Counted from the stretch's first letter, positions 1 through 10,056 are shown. The stretch: 64,000 nt of DNA from Prevotella sp. (GCA_051878715.1 JBJEKQ010000070.1:2420-66419), one strand, 5' to 3'. Notes: generated by a model from the sequence alone, not told the origin. Program-made: numbers and translations.

Positions 1-1
1 G

Positions 2-772
2 TTGCACCTGTGCCACCTTATAGGCCGACTGGTCGCCGGTGTGCAGTGCCAGGAGCGTTCCGGCAAGCCCTACCACTGCCCCTATCTTGATACTGGCCAC
101 CGAGAGTTTCTGCTCGCGCCTGCAGAAAAGATAGTAGCAGCCCACGGCCACGGTGAACAGCGCACCGATAATCCAGGCAGACGTGACGGTATGCAGGAAC
201 TTGTTCACGGCAAAGGGCGACAGCGCCACCTCCAAGAACGAGGTCATCTCGTTACGCATGGTATCGGGATTGAAGGTGCAGCCCACCGGACACTGCATCC
301 AGGCATTGGCCACCAATATCCACCAGGCAGAGATGGTGGCGCCCAAACCGGTGAGCCAGGTGGAAGCAAGATGGAAGCCTGCCGACACCTTGTTCCAGCC
401 AAAGAACATCACCGCCACAAAGGTGGATTCCATGAAGAAGGCGATGATGCCCTCCACCGCCAGCGGGGCACCGAAGATATCGCCCACAAACCAGGAGTAG
501 TTGCTCCAGTTGGTGCCAAACTCAAACTCCAGAATGATGCCGGTGGCAACACCCATGGCAAAGTTGATGCCAAACAGGCGTTGCCAGAAACGGGAGGCAT
601 CACGCCAGAACTCCTTGCGCGTGCGGTAGTAGCACGTCTCCATAATACCCATGATTACAGCCAGTCCCAACGTGAGCGGGACAAAAAGCCAGTGATAGAT
701 GGCCGTGAGCGCAAACTGCGCACGCGCCCAATCAATGGCTGCGGCATCAATGTTCAATAAGAAATGTTGCAT
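2..772 (-). CDS. cydA: Cytochrome bd ubiquinol oxidase subunit I (partial, runs off left edge)
   Basis: Absent from the ORF track, so translated manually from ATG at 772: MQHFLLNIDAAAIDWARAQFALTAIYHWLFVPLTLG...FGINFAMGVATGIILEFEFGTNWSNYSWFVGDIFGAPLAVEGIIAFFMESTF. These are CydA hallmark motifs. Confidence 0.95.
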   Translation of the reverse strand, partial: MQHFLLNIDAAAIDWARAQFALTAIYHWLFVPLTLGLAVIMGIMETCYYRTRKEFWRDASRFWQRLFGINFAMGVATGIILEFEFGTNWSNYSWFVGDIFGAPLAVEGIIAFFMESTFVAVMFFGWNKVSAGFHLASTWLTGLGATISAWWILVANAWMQCPVGCTFNPDTMRNEMTSFLEVALSPFAVNKFLHTVTSAWIIGALFTVAVGCYYLFCRREQKLSVASIKIGAVVGLAGTLLALHTGDQSAYKVAQVQ

Positions 773-831
773 ATTCGTTGGTTTTTAGTGTTGTTCTTGC
801 ACAGGCATTCCTGCTGGCTCCAGGCATCATA

Positions 832-1050
832 CTATCGCTGCAACACCTGCGTTGCTACAAAGTCGTCCTCCTCCCCATCGGCAGCATGGCTGCTGACATA
901 GTCGGGAAAGAAGAACAGTTTCAGGATAAAGAAGATGATGAACAGTTTGACAAGAATCACCAGCCACAGGGTGCGACCCAGCACCATGTGACGGAATCCG
1001 TCGGCATAGAGATCGTATATCCGATATATCAGACCGTGTTTCTTGCTCAT
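832..1050 (-). CDS. DUF4492-type small membrane protein upstream of cydA
   Basis: 72 aa with LYADGFRHMVLGRTLWLVILVKLFIIFFILKLFFFP. This matches the small protein that precedes cydAB in Bacteroidota. Confidence 0.8.
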   Translation of the reverse strand: MSKKHGLIYRIYDLYADGFRHMVLGRTLWLVILVKLFIIFFILKLFFFPDYVSSHAADGEEDDFVATQVLQR

Positions 1051-1332
1051 CTCTTGGATTTCAGGTTAGCTGCGGGCGCAGCATCACCGCCCCTGCATAC
1101 TGCAAAAATAGGACATTTCAGACAATCGCACAAATTATTCCATAAAAAACGCGCCTTGGCAATGCAAAAAAAAGTGCATTTTGTCCGTTTTTTCCATAAT
1201 AAACGTTTATTTGACCGTTCCGAAAAGGATGAATGTACAATTTATTTTGCCAGTTAGGCAGATTTGTTTAATTTTGCCAAATGTTAGACAATGTGGGCAA
1301 TCTGCCACACATACCCGTAAAATCACAGCAAT

Positions 1333-2205
1333 ATGAATAAGAAAATCATCATTCCGTTACTGGCAGTCATCATCGTCTTGGTGGGTGGCGTGGCCTATCT
1401 CTTCACCAGCCTGACCCAGCAGAAGCAAGTGAACAAGGAAATGCAGGAGCTGGCTGACTTGGACAAGAAAGAGATGGAAAACGAATACGAGCAGTTCGCC
1501 AAGCAATACAGTGAGATGAAGACGCAGATAAACAATGACTCCATCGTGGCACAACTCACCCAAGAGCAGATGCGCACACAACAACTGCTGGAAGAACTGA
1601 AAAGGGTGAAGAACTCGGATGCACGCGAAATAGCCCGCCTGAAGAAGGAACTTGCCACCGTGAGAGCGGTACTGAGGAGCTACGTGCTGCAGATAGACTC
1701 GCTGAACAGACTGAACCAAGACCTAACCGAGGAGAACACACGCATCAGGGGACAATACGAGCAAGCCACCCAGCAGATACAGGGACTGAACAGCGAGAAG
1801 GCATCGCTGTCGGAGAAAGTGGCCATCGCTGCCCAACTCGATGCCACCAACATCAGCATGGTGCTGAAGAACAAGCGCCAAAGGGTGGCAAAGAAAATCA
1901 AGGACTGCAAGACCATCGAAGTATCGTTCAGCATCGCACGCAACGTAACGGCTGCCAACGGCGTACGCACCTTTTACGTAAGGATTGCCAAACCCACCGG
2001 CGAGGTGCTCAATGGCGGAGGCACCTTCAGTTATGAGAACAAGCAGATTGCCTACTCCATGAAACGCTCCATGGAATATACCGGCGAGGAACTGCAGGTG
2101 ACTACCTACTGGAACGTCAATGAGTTTCTGAGCGACGGCAGTTATAACGTAAGCATCTTTGCCGACGGGCACGCCATAGGTTCGCGCACCTTCACATTCA
2201 AATAA
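1333..2205 (+). CDS. Membrane-anchored coiled-coil hypothetical protein with beta-rich C-terminal domain
   Basis: N-terminal hydrophobic helix, ~140 aa Q/E/K heptad-rich segment, beta-strand-like C-terminus. TAATTTTG promoter box upstream (~1269). Confidence 0.8.
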   Translation: MNKKIIIPLLAVIIVLVGGVAYLFTSLTQQKQVNKEMQELADLDKKEMENEYEQFAKQYSEMKTQINNDSIVAQLTQEQMRTQQLLEELKRVKNSDAREIARLKKELATVRAVLRSYVLQIDSLNRLNQDLTEENTRIRGQYEQATQQIQGLNSEKASLSEKVAIAAQLDATNISMVLKNKRQRVAKKIKDCKTIEVSFSIARNVTAANGVRTFYVRIAKPTGEVLNGGGTFSYENKQIAYSMKRSMEYTGEELQVTTYWNVNEFLSDGSYNVSIFADGHAIGSRTFTFK

Positions 2206-2243
2206 TACTGTTTCACATCGGTTCTGAAGTTATCGCACAACGT

Positions 2244-3701
2244 ATGAAGAGAAACGACTTGCTACATTCCACCTGCGTCTGGAGCACATGGTTGCTCCTG
2301 CTGTCTGCACTGCTTGCCGGCAATATCAGGATGCAAGCACAGCGCATACTGACGCTCGACAGTTGTCTGAACATGGCATTGGACAACAACAAGCAACTCG
2401 GGGCTGCCAAGATGAAGCAGGAGATGAGCAGGAACCTGCGTAAATCGGCACGCACAAAATATCTACCCCAAGTGAACATGGTGGGTGGCTATGTATTTTC
2501 GAGCAGGGAGATATCCATCCTTAGCGATGAGCAGAAGCAACATTTCGCCAACCTGGGCAGCAACATGCAACAATACATGAACAGCATGGGTGCCAGCATC
2601 GGCGGACTGGAAGCTATCCTCAACGCAGAAGGTGCCGGCATCGTGAACGGATTCCATACCAATACGCGCCACCTCTTTGCAGGAAGTGTCGTGGCAACCA
2701 TGCCTCTGTATATGGGCGGCAGCATCACCGCATTGAACAGAATGGCAGACATCGGCGAGGAAATGGCAGAGAACAGCACTGAAGCCGTGAGACAGAACAC
2801 ACTCTATGACACCGAACAAGCCTACTGGACGGTGGTGTCGCTGCGCAACAAGCAGCGGCTGGCGGAGAGTTACCTGGCACTGGTGAAAAGACTCAACGGA
2901 GACGTGCAGAAGATGATTGCCGAGGGAGTGGCTACACGCTCGGAAGGATTGAGCGTGGAGGTGAAACAGAACGAGGCGGAGATGACGTTGCTACAGGTAA
3001 ACGACGGTCTGACACTTGCAAGGATGATGCTGTGCCAACTGTGCGGCATGCCTGCCAACGAGAACATACTGCTGGAGGACGAGAAAGGCGGAAACACCAC
3101 AGTGGAACTGCCCACCGACCTGGGGGATGACAGTGAGGAAGGCACAGACAACATGAAACGCCCCGAACTGAGGATGCTGCAAAACACCATAGACATGAGC
3201 AGACAAACCACCCGACTGGCAAAATCGGGGTATCTGCCCAAGATAACGCTGATGGGCTCCTACTCCGTGACAAACCCCAACGTATATAACGGCTTCCAGC
3301 GTGAGTTTGCCGGGATATGGAACATCGGTGTGCTGGTGAGCGTGCCTGTGCTCAACTGGGGTGACGTGACCTACAAGGTGAGGGCATCAAAAAACGCTAC
3401 AGCCATGGCACAGATGGAACTGAACGACGCACATGAAAAGGTAAACCTGCAAGTGAGTCAATGCACATTCAAGGTGAACGAGGCGGCCAAAAAGCTGGCA
3501 CTGGTGGAAACAAGTTGCAAGCGGGCGGAAGAGAACCTGCGCTGCGCCAACATAGGCTTCAGGGAGGGAGTGCTGCAGAGCACCACGGTGATGGAGGCTC
3601 AGACAGCATGGCTACAAGCACACACCCAGAAGATAGATACCGAAATAGAAATGCTACTGAGCCGATCTAACCTAAAGAAAGCGAAAGGAATACTGCAATA
3701 A
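2244..3701 (+). CDS. TolC-family outer membrane efflux protein
   Basis: Signal peptide, LTLDSCLNMALDNN, YLPQVN/YLPKIT repeats, GVLVSVPVLNWG. Followed by an HlyD gene. Confidence 0.9.
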   Translation: MKRNDLLHSTCVWSTWLLLLSALLAGNIRMQAQRILTLDSCLNMALDNNKQLGAAKMKQEMSRNLRKSARTKYLPQVNMVGGYVFSSREISILSDEQKQHFANLGSNMQQYMNSMGASIGGLEAILNAEGAGIVNGFHTNTRHLFAGSVVATMPLYMGGSITALNRMADIGEEMAENSTEAVRQNTLYDTEQAYWTVVSLRNKQRLAESYLALVKRLNGDVQKMIAEGVATRSEGLSVEVKQNEAEMTLLQVNDGLTLARMMLCQLCGMPANENILLEDEKGGNTTVELPTDLGDDSEEGTDNMKRPELRMLQNTIDMSRQTTRLAKSGYLPKITLMGSYSVTNPNVYNGFQREFAGIWNIGVLVSVPVLNWGDVTYKVRASKNATAMAQMELNDAHEKVNLQVSQCTFKVNEAAKKLALVETSCKRAEENLRCANIGFREGVLQSTTVMEAQTAWLQAHTQKIDTEIEMLLSRSNLKKAKGILQ

Positions 3702-3721
3702 AACAAGAAAATTCAACGACG

Positions 3722-4708
3722 ATGTCAGCAAAAACACAACATAACAACATTCTTTTGGCAGTGATTTGCTTTACTGCTGTAGTGGGTCTCGTGGCACTGA
3801 TAGGCTTCCTCACCATCGGAAACGAGAAAGAGATTATACAGGGTCAGGTAGAAGTGACAGAATACAGGGTATCAAGCAAAGTGCCAGGACGGATACTGGA
3901 ACTTTGTGTAAAGGAGGGCGACTACGTAAAGGCTGGAGACACCCTTGTCATCATTGACGCCCCGGAAGTGAAGGCCAAGATGCAACAGGCACAGAGTGCG
4001 GAGGATGCCGCCAGCGCCATGGAACAGATGGCACGCAACGGAGCACGCAGAGAACAGATTGCCACGGCTTACCAGATGTTGCAACAAGCGAAGGCTGGCG
4101 AGGAGATTGCCGAAAAATCGTACAGGCGCGTGCAAAGGCTGTATGAAGAGGGTGTGATGAGCGAGCAAAAAAGGGACGAAGCCTTCGCCCAATACAAGGC
4201 GATGGAAGCACAGGTAAAGGCGGCACAGTACCAGTATGACATGGCACGCAACGGTGCACGGCAGGAGGAGAAACTGGCGGCACAGGCACAGGTGAACAGG
4301 GCCAAGGGTGCCGTACAGGAGGTGAACTCCTACATCTACGAAACCGTGCAGACAGCACAGAAGGAGGGGGAGGTTAGCGAGATATTCCCCAAGACGGGAG
4401 AACTGGTGGGCACAGGTTCACCCATCATGAACATCTCGGTGCTCGATGAGATGTGGGGTACCTTCAACATCCGCGAAGACCAACTCAACGGCATGAAGAT
4501 AGGCGATGTGCTGAAAGCCTATCTGCCAGCCTTCAACAAGGAGATAGAGATGAAGGTGTATGCCATCAAAGACCAGGGAAGCTATGCCGTATGGAAAGCC
4601 ACCAAGGCAAACGGGCAATATGACCTGAAGACCTTTGAAGTGAAAGCACGACCCACGAAAAAAACCGAAGGCCTACGCCCAGGTATGTCGCTGGTACTGA
4701 AAAGATGA
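3722..4708 (+). CDS. HlyD-family periplasmic adaptor (membrane fusion protein)
   Basis: TM anchor, lipoyl-like VSSKVPGRILELCVKEGDYVKAGDTLV, alpha-hairpin, GLRPGMS C-terminus. Confidence 0.92.
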   Translation: MSAKTQHNNILLAVICFTAVVGLVALIGFLTIGNEKEIIQGQVEVTEYRVSSKVPGRILELCVKEGDYVKAGDTLVIIDAPEVKAKMQQAQSAEDAASAMEQMARNGARREQIATAYQMLQQAKAGEEIAEKSYRRVQRLYEEGVMSEQKRDEAFAQYKAMEAQVKAAQYQYDMARNGARQEEKLAAQAQVNRAKGAVQEVNSYIYETVQTAQKEGEVSEIFPKTGELVGTGSPIMNISVLDEMWGTFNIREDQLNGMKIGDVLKAYLPAFNKEIEMKVYAIKDQGSYAVWKATKANGQYDLKTFEVKARPTKKTEGLRPGMSLVLKR

Positions 4709-5865
4709 GAACGCTGAAGGCTCTGATACGACGTGAGGTGCGCCGACTGCTCAGAAACCCCATATACGGATTCTGCATGATAGGGTTTCCGCTGGTAGTT
4801 ATGGTGTTCTTCACCACACTGATGGGCGACGGGCAGCCCACCAACATGCCTGTGGGAGTGGTGGATCTTGACAACACAACCACCACACGCAAGCTCACCC
4901 GGATGCTTGACGCCTTCCAGTCGTCTGAAGTAACGGGACATTACAACAGCGTGGAACAGGCACGCAGGGCGATGCAACAGAACGAGATTTACGCCTTTCT
5001 CTATTTCCCGAAAGGCACTACCGAGAAACTGCTTGCCTCACGCCAACCCCAAATCTCCTTCTATTACAGCATGACCTGTCTTACATCAGGGTCGCTGCTC
5101 TTCCGCGACCTCAAGACAATCTGCACACTCGGCAACGCCGCCGTAGGCAAGAGTGTACTCACCGCCAAAGGAGCCACGGACAAACAGGCACAGGCACTGT
5201 TACAACCCATCGTGATAGACCTGCACCAGCTGTCAAACCCATGGACAGATTACAACATATACCTATCCACCATGTTAGTGCCGGGAGTGCTGCTGCTGTT
5301 CATCTTCCTCATCACACCCTACTCCATCGGCACCGAACTGAAATTTGGCGACAGCAAGGCATGGCTGCACACGGCAGGTAACAGCATGGGCATGGCCCTG
5401 GCAGGAAAGATTCTTCCCCAGACACTGGTGTTCCTCTGCGTGATGTATTCCTACATGGTATATATATTCGGCATCCTGCACTTCCCCTGTCCGGGAGGCA
5501 TCTTCCACATCCTGCTGCTTGGTGCTCTGGCTGTGATGGCAGCACAGGGATTCGGCATCTTCATGTTTTCCATCATGCCCTCCATGCGTATGAGCATGAG
5601 CGTATGCTCGCTATGGGGTGTGCTCAGTTTCTCTATGGTGGGTTCCGCCTTCCCGGTATCTGCCATGGACAGTGCATTACAGGCTCTGTCGTGGCTCTTC
5701 CCCCTACGACATTATTTCATGCTCTACCAAGCCACCGTTTTCAACGACTATTCGCTGCTCAGCGTGTGGTATCACTTCACGGCTCTGCTGGCTTTTGCCC
5801 TGCTACCTTTTATCACCTTGTCCCTGTTGAAACGATCCATGATAGAATACAAGTACCTGCCATAA
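4705..5865 (+). CDS. ABC-2 type exporter permease
   Basis: PVGVVDLD periplasmic domain, six TM helices, GSAFPVSAM...LSWLFPLRHY motif. ATGA overlap with HlyD. Confidence 0.9.
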   Translation: MRTLKALIRREVRRLLRNPIYGFCMIGFPLVVMVFFTTLMGDGQPTNMPVGVVDLDNTTTTRKLTRMLDAFQSSEVTGHYNSVEQARRAMQQNEIYAFLYFPKGTTEKLLASRQPQISFYYSMTCLTSGSLLFRDLKTICTLGNAAVGKSVLTAKGATDKQAQALLQPIVIDLHQLSNPWTDYNIYLSTMLVPGVLLLFIFLITPYSIGTELKFGDSKAWLHTAGNSMGMALAGKILPQTLVFLCVMYSYMVYIFGILHFPCPGGIFHILLLGALAVMAAQGFGIFMFSIMPSMRMSMSVCSLWGVLSFSMVGSAFPVSAMDSALQALSWLFPLRHYFMLYQATVFNDYSLLSVWYHFTALLAFALLPFITLSLLKRSMIEYKYLP

Positions 5866-5881
5866 CACACCCAAAAGCAAT

Positions 5882-7177
5882 ATGAACACGGTTATGCCAT
5901 ACATCCGACATGTCTGCGACATATGGAAAGAGGAGATGAAAAATATTTCCAAAGACCAGGGTGTACTCATTTTCTTTGTGCTGGTACCCCTGCTCTACCC
6001 TCTGTTGTATTCCTGGATATACAATAACGAGGTGGTCAGAGAGGTACCCGTGGCGGTGGTAGATCACTGCGACAGCCGCACCTCGCGCGAGTTCATACGC
6101 CTATGCGATGCCTCTGCCGACGTGAACGTAATGAGCCATGCCACTGATATGGAACAGGCAAGAACACTGATGAACCGGCAGAAGGTGAAAGGCATCTATT
6201 ACATCCCAAGCGACTTTGAGGAAAGACTGCACAGACATCAACAGGCCACGGTACATGTGTATTGCGACATGGGATTGATGCTGTACTACAAGGCGGTGTA
6301 TCAGACTGCCACTGCCGTGTCGCAGCAGATGAACGGCAGGTTGCTGGTGATTACCGCAGGAAACACGACACGGCATGAAGACGAACTGGCCACTGCTCCC
6401 CTGAAGATTGAGGAAGTGAACATGTTCAACACCACGGGTGGCTATGGAAACTTTATTTTGCCAGGTGTGCTGATACTGATACTGCAGCAGACGATGGTGC
6501 TGGGTATAGGACTGGCAGCAGGAACTGCACGGGAACACAACAACTACGGCCATCTCATCCCCTATCGGCGCAAAGGTTACAGCATACCTGTCCTGCTGGC
6601 AGGCAAAGCATTGTGCTACTATATGATTTATGTGGTGCTGGCTGCCTACCTGTTGCTGTTAGTACCCCGCTTCTTCCATTTTGTCACCCTTGCAGGCTGG
6701 CGTGAACTGTGCGCCATCCTGCTACCCTACATTCCTGCCTGCATCTTCTTTGGCATCACGGTATCGTGCCTCATCCGATACCGTGAAAACGTATTGTTGT
6801 TAGTGGTGTTCATGTCGGTGCCCCTGCTCTTCGTATCGGGAGTATCTTGGCCACAGAGCAACATCCCCTGGTTCTGGCAGTCATTGTCGGCACTCTTCCC
6901 TTCCACCTTTGCCATCCGAGCCTTTGTGAGAGCAAACACCATGGGTGCCACCGTAGATGACATCAGTATCGAGTGCACCGCCCTGTGGATGCAACTGGCT
7001 GCCTATCTGGTGCTGGCATGCGGCGTATATAGGTTCCAAATGGTGACAGCACATAAAAACATATTGCACCGCGTGCAGAGCATACGGCGCAAACGTGAAG
7101 TAAAAAAACGTATCAAAAAATATCAGTCCTCGCTTTCGTCCTCATCAGAAACAGGAATACCGGAAACAGACAACTGA
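5882..7177 (+). CDS. ABC-2 type exporter permease (second paralog)
   Basis: VPVAVVD domain, GYGNFILPGVLILILQQT, SGVSWPQSNIP motif. Confidence 0.9.
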   Translation: MNTVMPYIRHVCDIWKEEMKNISKDQGVLIFFVLVPLLYPLLYSWIYNNEVVREVPVAVVDHCDSRTSREFIRLCDASADVNVMSHATDMEQARTLMNRQKVKGIYYIPSDFEERLHRHQQATVHVYCDMGLMLYYKAVYQTATAVSQQMNGRLLVITAGNTTRHEDELATAPLKIEEVNMFNTTGGYGNFILPGVLILILQQTMVLGIGLAAGTAREHNNYGHLIPYRRKGYSIPVLLAGKALCYYMIYVVLAAYLLLLVPRFFHFVTLAGWRELCAILLPYIPACIFFGITVSCLIRYRENVLLLVVFMSVPLLFVSGVSWPQSNIPWFWQSLSALFPSTFAIRAFVRANTMGATVDDISIECTALWMQLAAYLVLACGVYRFQMVTAHKNILHRVQSIRRKREVKKRIKKYQSSLSSSSETGIPETDN

Positions 7178-7617
7178 CGGTTGATGGCAGAATTGAACGA
7201 GATGATGGTTTCGCTGCGCGACAATCCAAGGGGCTGCAACTTGTCATGGATGATATTGAGCAGATGATGGTTGTTCACTGCATAGATTTTGATGAACAAA
7301 TCAAAATCACCGGTGGTGTAATGGCATTCCACCACTTCGGGGATGTTCTTGAGTTCCTCCACCACCAGGTCAAACTTCTCAGGATTCTTCAGGTTAAGTC
7401 CGATATAGGCACAAGTCTCGTAACCTATCTTCTCAGGATCGATGACAAACTGCGAACCCTTGAGTATGCCGCAATTTGACAACTTCTGTATTCTCTGGTG
7501 AATGGCGGCTCCACTCACATTGCATGCTCTTGCCACCTCAAGGAAAGGAATACGGGCGTCGTCTGCTATCAGTTTCAGAATCTGTTTGTCTAACTTGTCT
7601 AGTTTTTGAGATGCCAT
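7123..7617 (-). CDS. Lrp/AsnC-family transcriptional regulator
   Basis: LDKLDKQILKLIADDARIPFLEVARACNVSGAAIHQRIQKL HTH, plus EVVECHYTTGDFD RAM domain. Confidence 0.95.
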   Translation of the reverse strand: MASQKLDKLDKQILKLIADDARIPFLEVARACNVSGAAIHQRIQKLSNCGILKGSQFVIDPEKIGYETCAYIGLNLKNPEKFDLVVEELKNIPEVVECHYTTGDFDLFIKIYAVNNHHLLNIIHDKLQPLGLSRSETIISFNSAINRQLSVSGIPVSDEDESED

Positions 7618-7760
7618 ATCAACGGTTTATGCGATAGTTTTTCAAAGTTTCCATGCAAAGTTATCAAAAAAGAGGAGAAATACAACAAATCATAAGGAAA
7701 AACATTGCAATCGGTTTCAATTTCCAGATTCCTGACAAAGGTATCTCACCGTTTCCGCAT

Positions 7761-8216
7761 TTACTTCCGCTTGACATCTGCCGAATACTGTATCTTCAAG
7801 GCACCCGCCTTGCGCAACTGTTCCTTCACGGCGTTGACAGTTTCCATCCTGGTATGCAGGTCAGCCTTGATGCACACTACCATCTGCTGGCGGTCTTCGC
7901 TGTTCATTGCCTTACGCTCGTCTGTCACAGCTTCGGCTATATCGTCCAGGCGCACCATGCGGTCGTTCACCTGAAAAGCCGTGCCCATGCTTCCGTCGGG
8001 CTGTTTCGCCGTGCCCACATACAGATAAACCACCGAAGACTTGCTGCGCAGTTTGTCCAGCATTTCAGCTTCGGGTACATCATACTTCACCCGTTCGGGC
8101 ACCTCGTGCAGATGGGTAACAATCATAAAGAAGAAAAGAACGGTGAACACCAAATCGGGCATGGAGGCGGTGTTCAGTCCAGGCATTGTGCGGCGCTGAC
8201 GGCGAAACAGGCTCAT
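7761..8216 (-). CDS. exbD: Biopolymer transport protein ExbD/TolR family
   Basis: LNTASMPDLVFTVLFFFMIVT TM with conserved Asp, IKAD...METV motif. Start taken at ATG 8216, which overlaps the upstream stop (ATGA). Confidence 0.9.
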   Translation of the reverse strand: MSLFRRQRRTMPGLNTASMPDLVFTVLFFFMIVTHLHEVPERVKYDVPEAEMLDKLRSKSSVVYLYVGTAKQPDGSMGTAFQVNDRMVRLDDIAEAVTDERKAMNSEDRQQMVVCIKADLHTRMETVNAVKEQLRKAGALKIQYSADVKRK

Positions 8217-8740
8217 GGAGTGTTTCCTTTCCCGGCATCCTGTACCGTTTCTACAATCCGTTGCGGAATATTTTCCATCACCCACCGTTTTTCCTCTGCC
8301 GAACAATTCTTCAGGGGTTTGCCGAATTGGCGCAGGGCAACCTTGTCGCGCACCTGCCTATAGACATAGGAAAGAGTATGTTGTAATTGAAAATAGGTGT
8401 CGTAATCAGCATCAGGATGCACCTGGATATTGATAAGCAAATGAGGATTGACAGACAACTGCTGTTCAAATAAGGCGGACAACTGCTGTACCGACGAGGC
8501 CTTGCCATCGCACCACAGGGTATTCTGAGCATCGATGCTCAAATCCAATCCGTCACGTTTCTTCACCTGAATCTCCTGCGCATCCTTGTTTTCAGGGGCT
8601 GCAAGTCGTTTCATCAAGCCCGTCTCACTGTCGAGCGAGGTGGTCACCAGAAAGAATACCAGCAACATAAACGAGATGTCGGCGGTGGCAGTAGTATTGA
8701 GCGCCGGTGTGCGACGTCGGCGAAAGTTAAACTCTCTCAT
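8213..8740 (-). CDS. exbD: Biopolymer transport protein ExbD/TolR family
   Basis: LNTTATADISFMLLVFFLVTTS TM with conserved Asp. Confidence 0.9.
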   Translation of the reverse strand: MREFNFRRRRTPALNTTATADISFMLLVFFLVTTSLDSETGLMKRLAAPENKDAQEIQVKKRDGLDLSIDAQNTLWCDGKASSVQQLSALFEQQLSVNPHLLINIQVHPDADYDTYFQLQHTLSYVYRQVRDKVALRQFGKPLKNCSAEEKRWVMENIPQRIVETVQDAGKGNTP

Positions 8741-9128
8741 GCTTATGCTTGTCGAAAGATTTGCTCTTGAATAATTTTCTGTTCAGTCCGCTCACGCCCA
8801 GTATCATCAGCACCACAGCCACCGCCACAAGCGTAATGGCTGCATTGATGAACATGTCGGTAACCTTGAGCCATCCCTCTTGCTGGTAGTCCTTACCGTT
8901 TACCTGTAACACATTGGCAGAACCCACCGCATAGGTAAGTGCAAGCAATACGACGAAAAAGACTGCCGTGCTCCACATGATAGCCTTGGCAGGCACACCA
9001 TTGCGTGCAGAGTCCACCTCACCACGCACCTTGAAAGCATGCACCATGCTCACCGCTACGGCTATCTGCACCGCCGCCAACAGCACGTATATCAGCACCA
9101 AAAAAACATCTACTACGGTTTCCGCCAT
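8727..9128 (-). CDS. Three-TM hypothetical protein between exbB and exbD
   Basis: Three hydrophobic helices. Overlaps both neighbours, implying an operon. Confidence 0.8.
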   Translation of the reverse strand: MAETVVDVFLVLIYVLLAAVQIAVAVSMVHAFKVRGEVDSARNGVPAKAIMWSTAVFFVVLLALTYAVGSANVLQVNGKDYQQEGWLKVTDMFINAAITLVAVAVVLMILGVSGLNRKLFKSKSFDKHKHERV

Positions 9129-9982
9129 TGCTTGTTCTGCTTGTATTGGGTTATCTCGTCCATCAAGGAGATGGCAGACTCTTCCATCTGCGAGGTGAGA
9201 TGTTCTATCTTGGAGAGGATGAAATTATAGAACACCTGCAACACCAATGCTGCGATGATACCGAAAACGGTGGTTATGAGCGCCACCTTCATACCCGCCG
9301 CCACAATGGAAGCATTGATGTCGCCTGCCTGGCGTATATCGTCAAATGCCATCACCATGCCCACTACCGTACCTAAAAAGCCCAACGAAGGCGCTATGGT
9401 AATAAACAATGATATCCAAGTGCAGCCCTTGTCCAGATTGGCAGCCTGCACAGAACCGTAGGAGGCGATACTACGCTCAATGCTGTCGAGGGATTCCTGA
9501 ATGCGCAACAGCCCCTGATAGCAAATGGAAGCCACCGGACCTCGGGTGTCTCTACACAGTTGGCGTGCCTCCTTCACCTTGTCTTCAGCCAACAGTTTGC
9601 CTATATCCGCCAATAATTTCTTGACATTCACCTCTGCCATAGTAAGGTAAACGATGCGCTCGATACAAAATGCCAAGCCCAAGACGAGAACCAAAGCCAC
9701 CAGCGACATGAACCATACATTGCCTTCAATAAACTTGGTCTTCAACGTGTTGTGCAGTCCTATTTGGGTAAGCATATCCTCTCCTTCTCCCACCGCCTTG
9801 GCAACATCTTCCAGACTCATCTGGGTCACATCCTCCTGAGAACCTACACTTGCCGAATCAGTAGAAGCCACTACCCCAGAAGACACGCTCACGGTAGTAT
9901 CTTTCTTCTGAGCATGCACAGCAGACACTCCCGTCGCAAACAACGCCAGCAAGGAAACCAACCACACAAATCTTCTCATCAT
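9113..9982 (-). CDS. exbB: MotA/TolQ/ExbB proton channel protein
   Basis: APSLGFLGTVVGMVMAF and GMKVALITTVFG motifs. Start at ATG 9982 (MMRRFVW signal peptide), downstream of the -7 box at 10007-10014. Confidence 0.93.
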   Translation of the reverse strand: MMRRFVWLVSLLALFATGVSAVHAQKKDTTVSVSSGVVASTDSASVGSQEDVTQMSLEDVAKAVGEGEDMLTQIGLHNTLKTKFIEGNVWFMSLVALVLVLGLAFCIERIVYLTMAEVNVKKLLADIGKLLAEDKVKEARQLCRDTRGPVASICYQGLLRIQESLDSIERSIASYGSVQAANLDKGCTWISLFITIAPSLGFLGTVVGMVMAFDDIRQAGDINASIVAAGMKVALITTVFGIIAALVLQVFYNFILSKIEHLTSQMEESAISLMDEITQYKQNKQWRKP

Positions 9983-10015
9983 TATCTCATCGTTTTTTAC
10001 GGCTGGCAAAGGTAG

Positions 10016-10056
10016 CAAATAAAATGCAACTTTGCAAATGAGTTGCATTTTATTTG
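10016..10056. promoter_or_regulatory. Perfect 16-bp inverted repeat between divergent exbB and permease promoters
   Basis: CAAATAAAATGCAACT-9 nt-AGTTGCATTTTATTTG, flanked by TACCTTTG (minus, 10007-10014) and TACTTTTG (plus, 10060-10067). Confidence 0.7.

Noticed and set aside
2-760. 252-aa plus-strand ORF
   Set aside because: Antisense shadow of cydA, which is clearly encoded on the minus strand. The translation has no recognisable motifs.
10016-10056. Invertible promoter (inverton) bounded by the 16-bp inverted repeats
   Set aside because: Only 9 nt lie between the arms and both -7 boxes are outside them. No recombinase gene is nearby.
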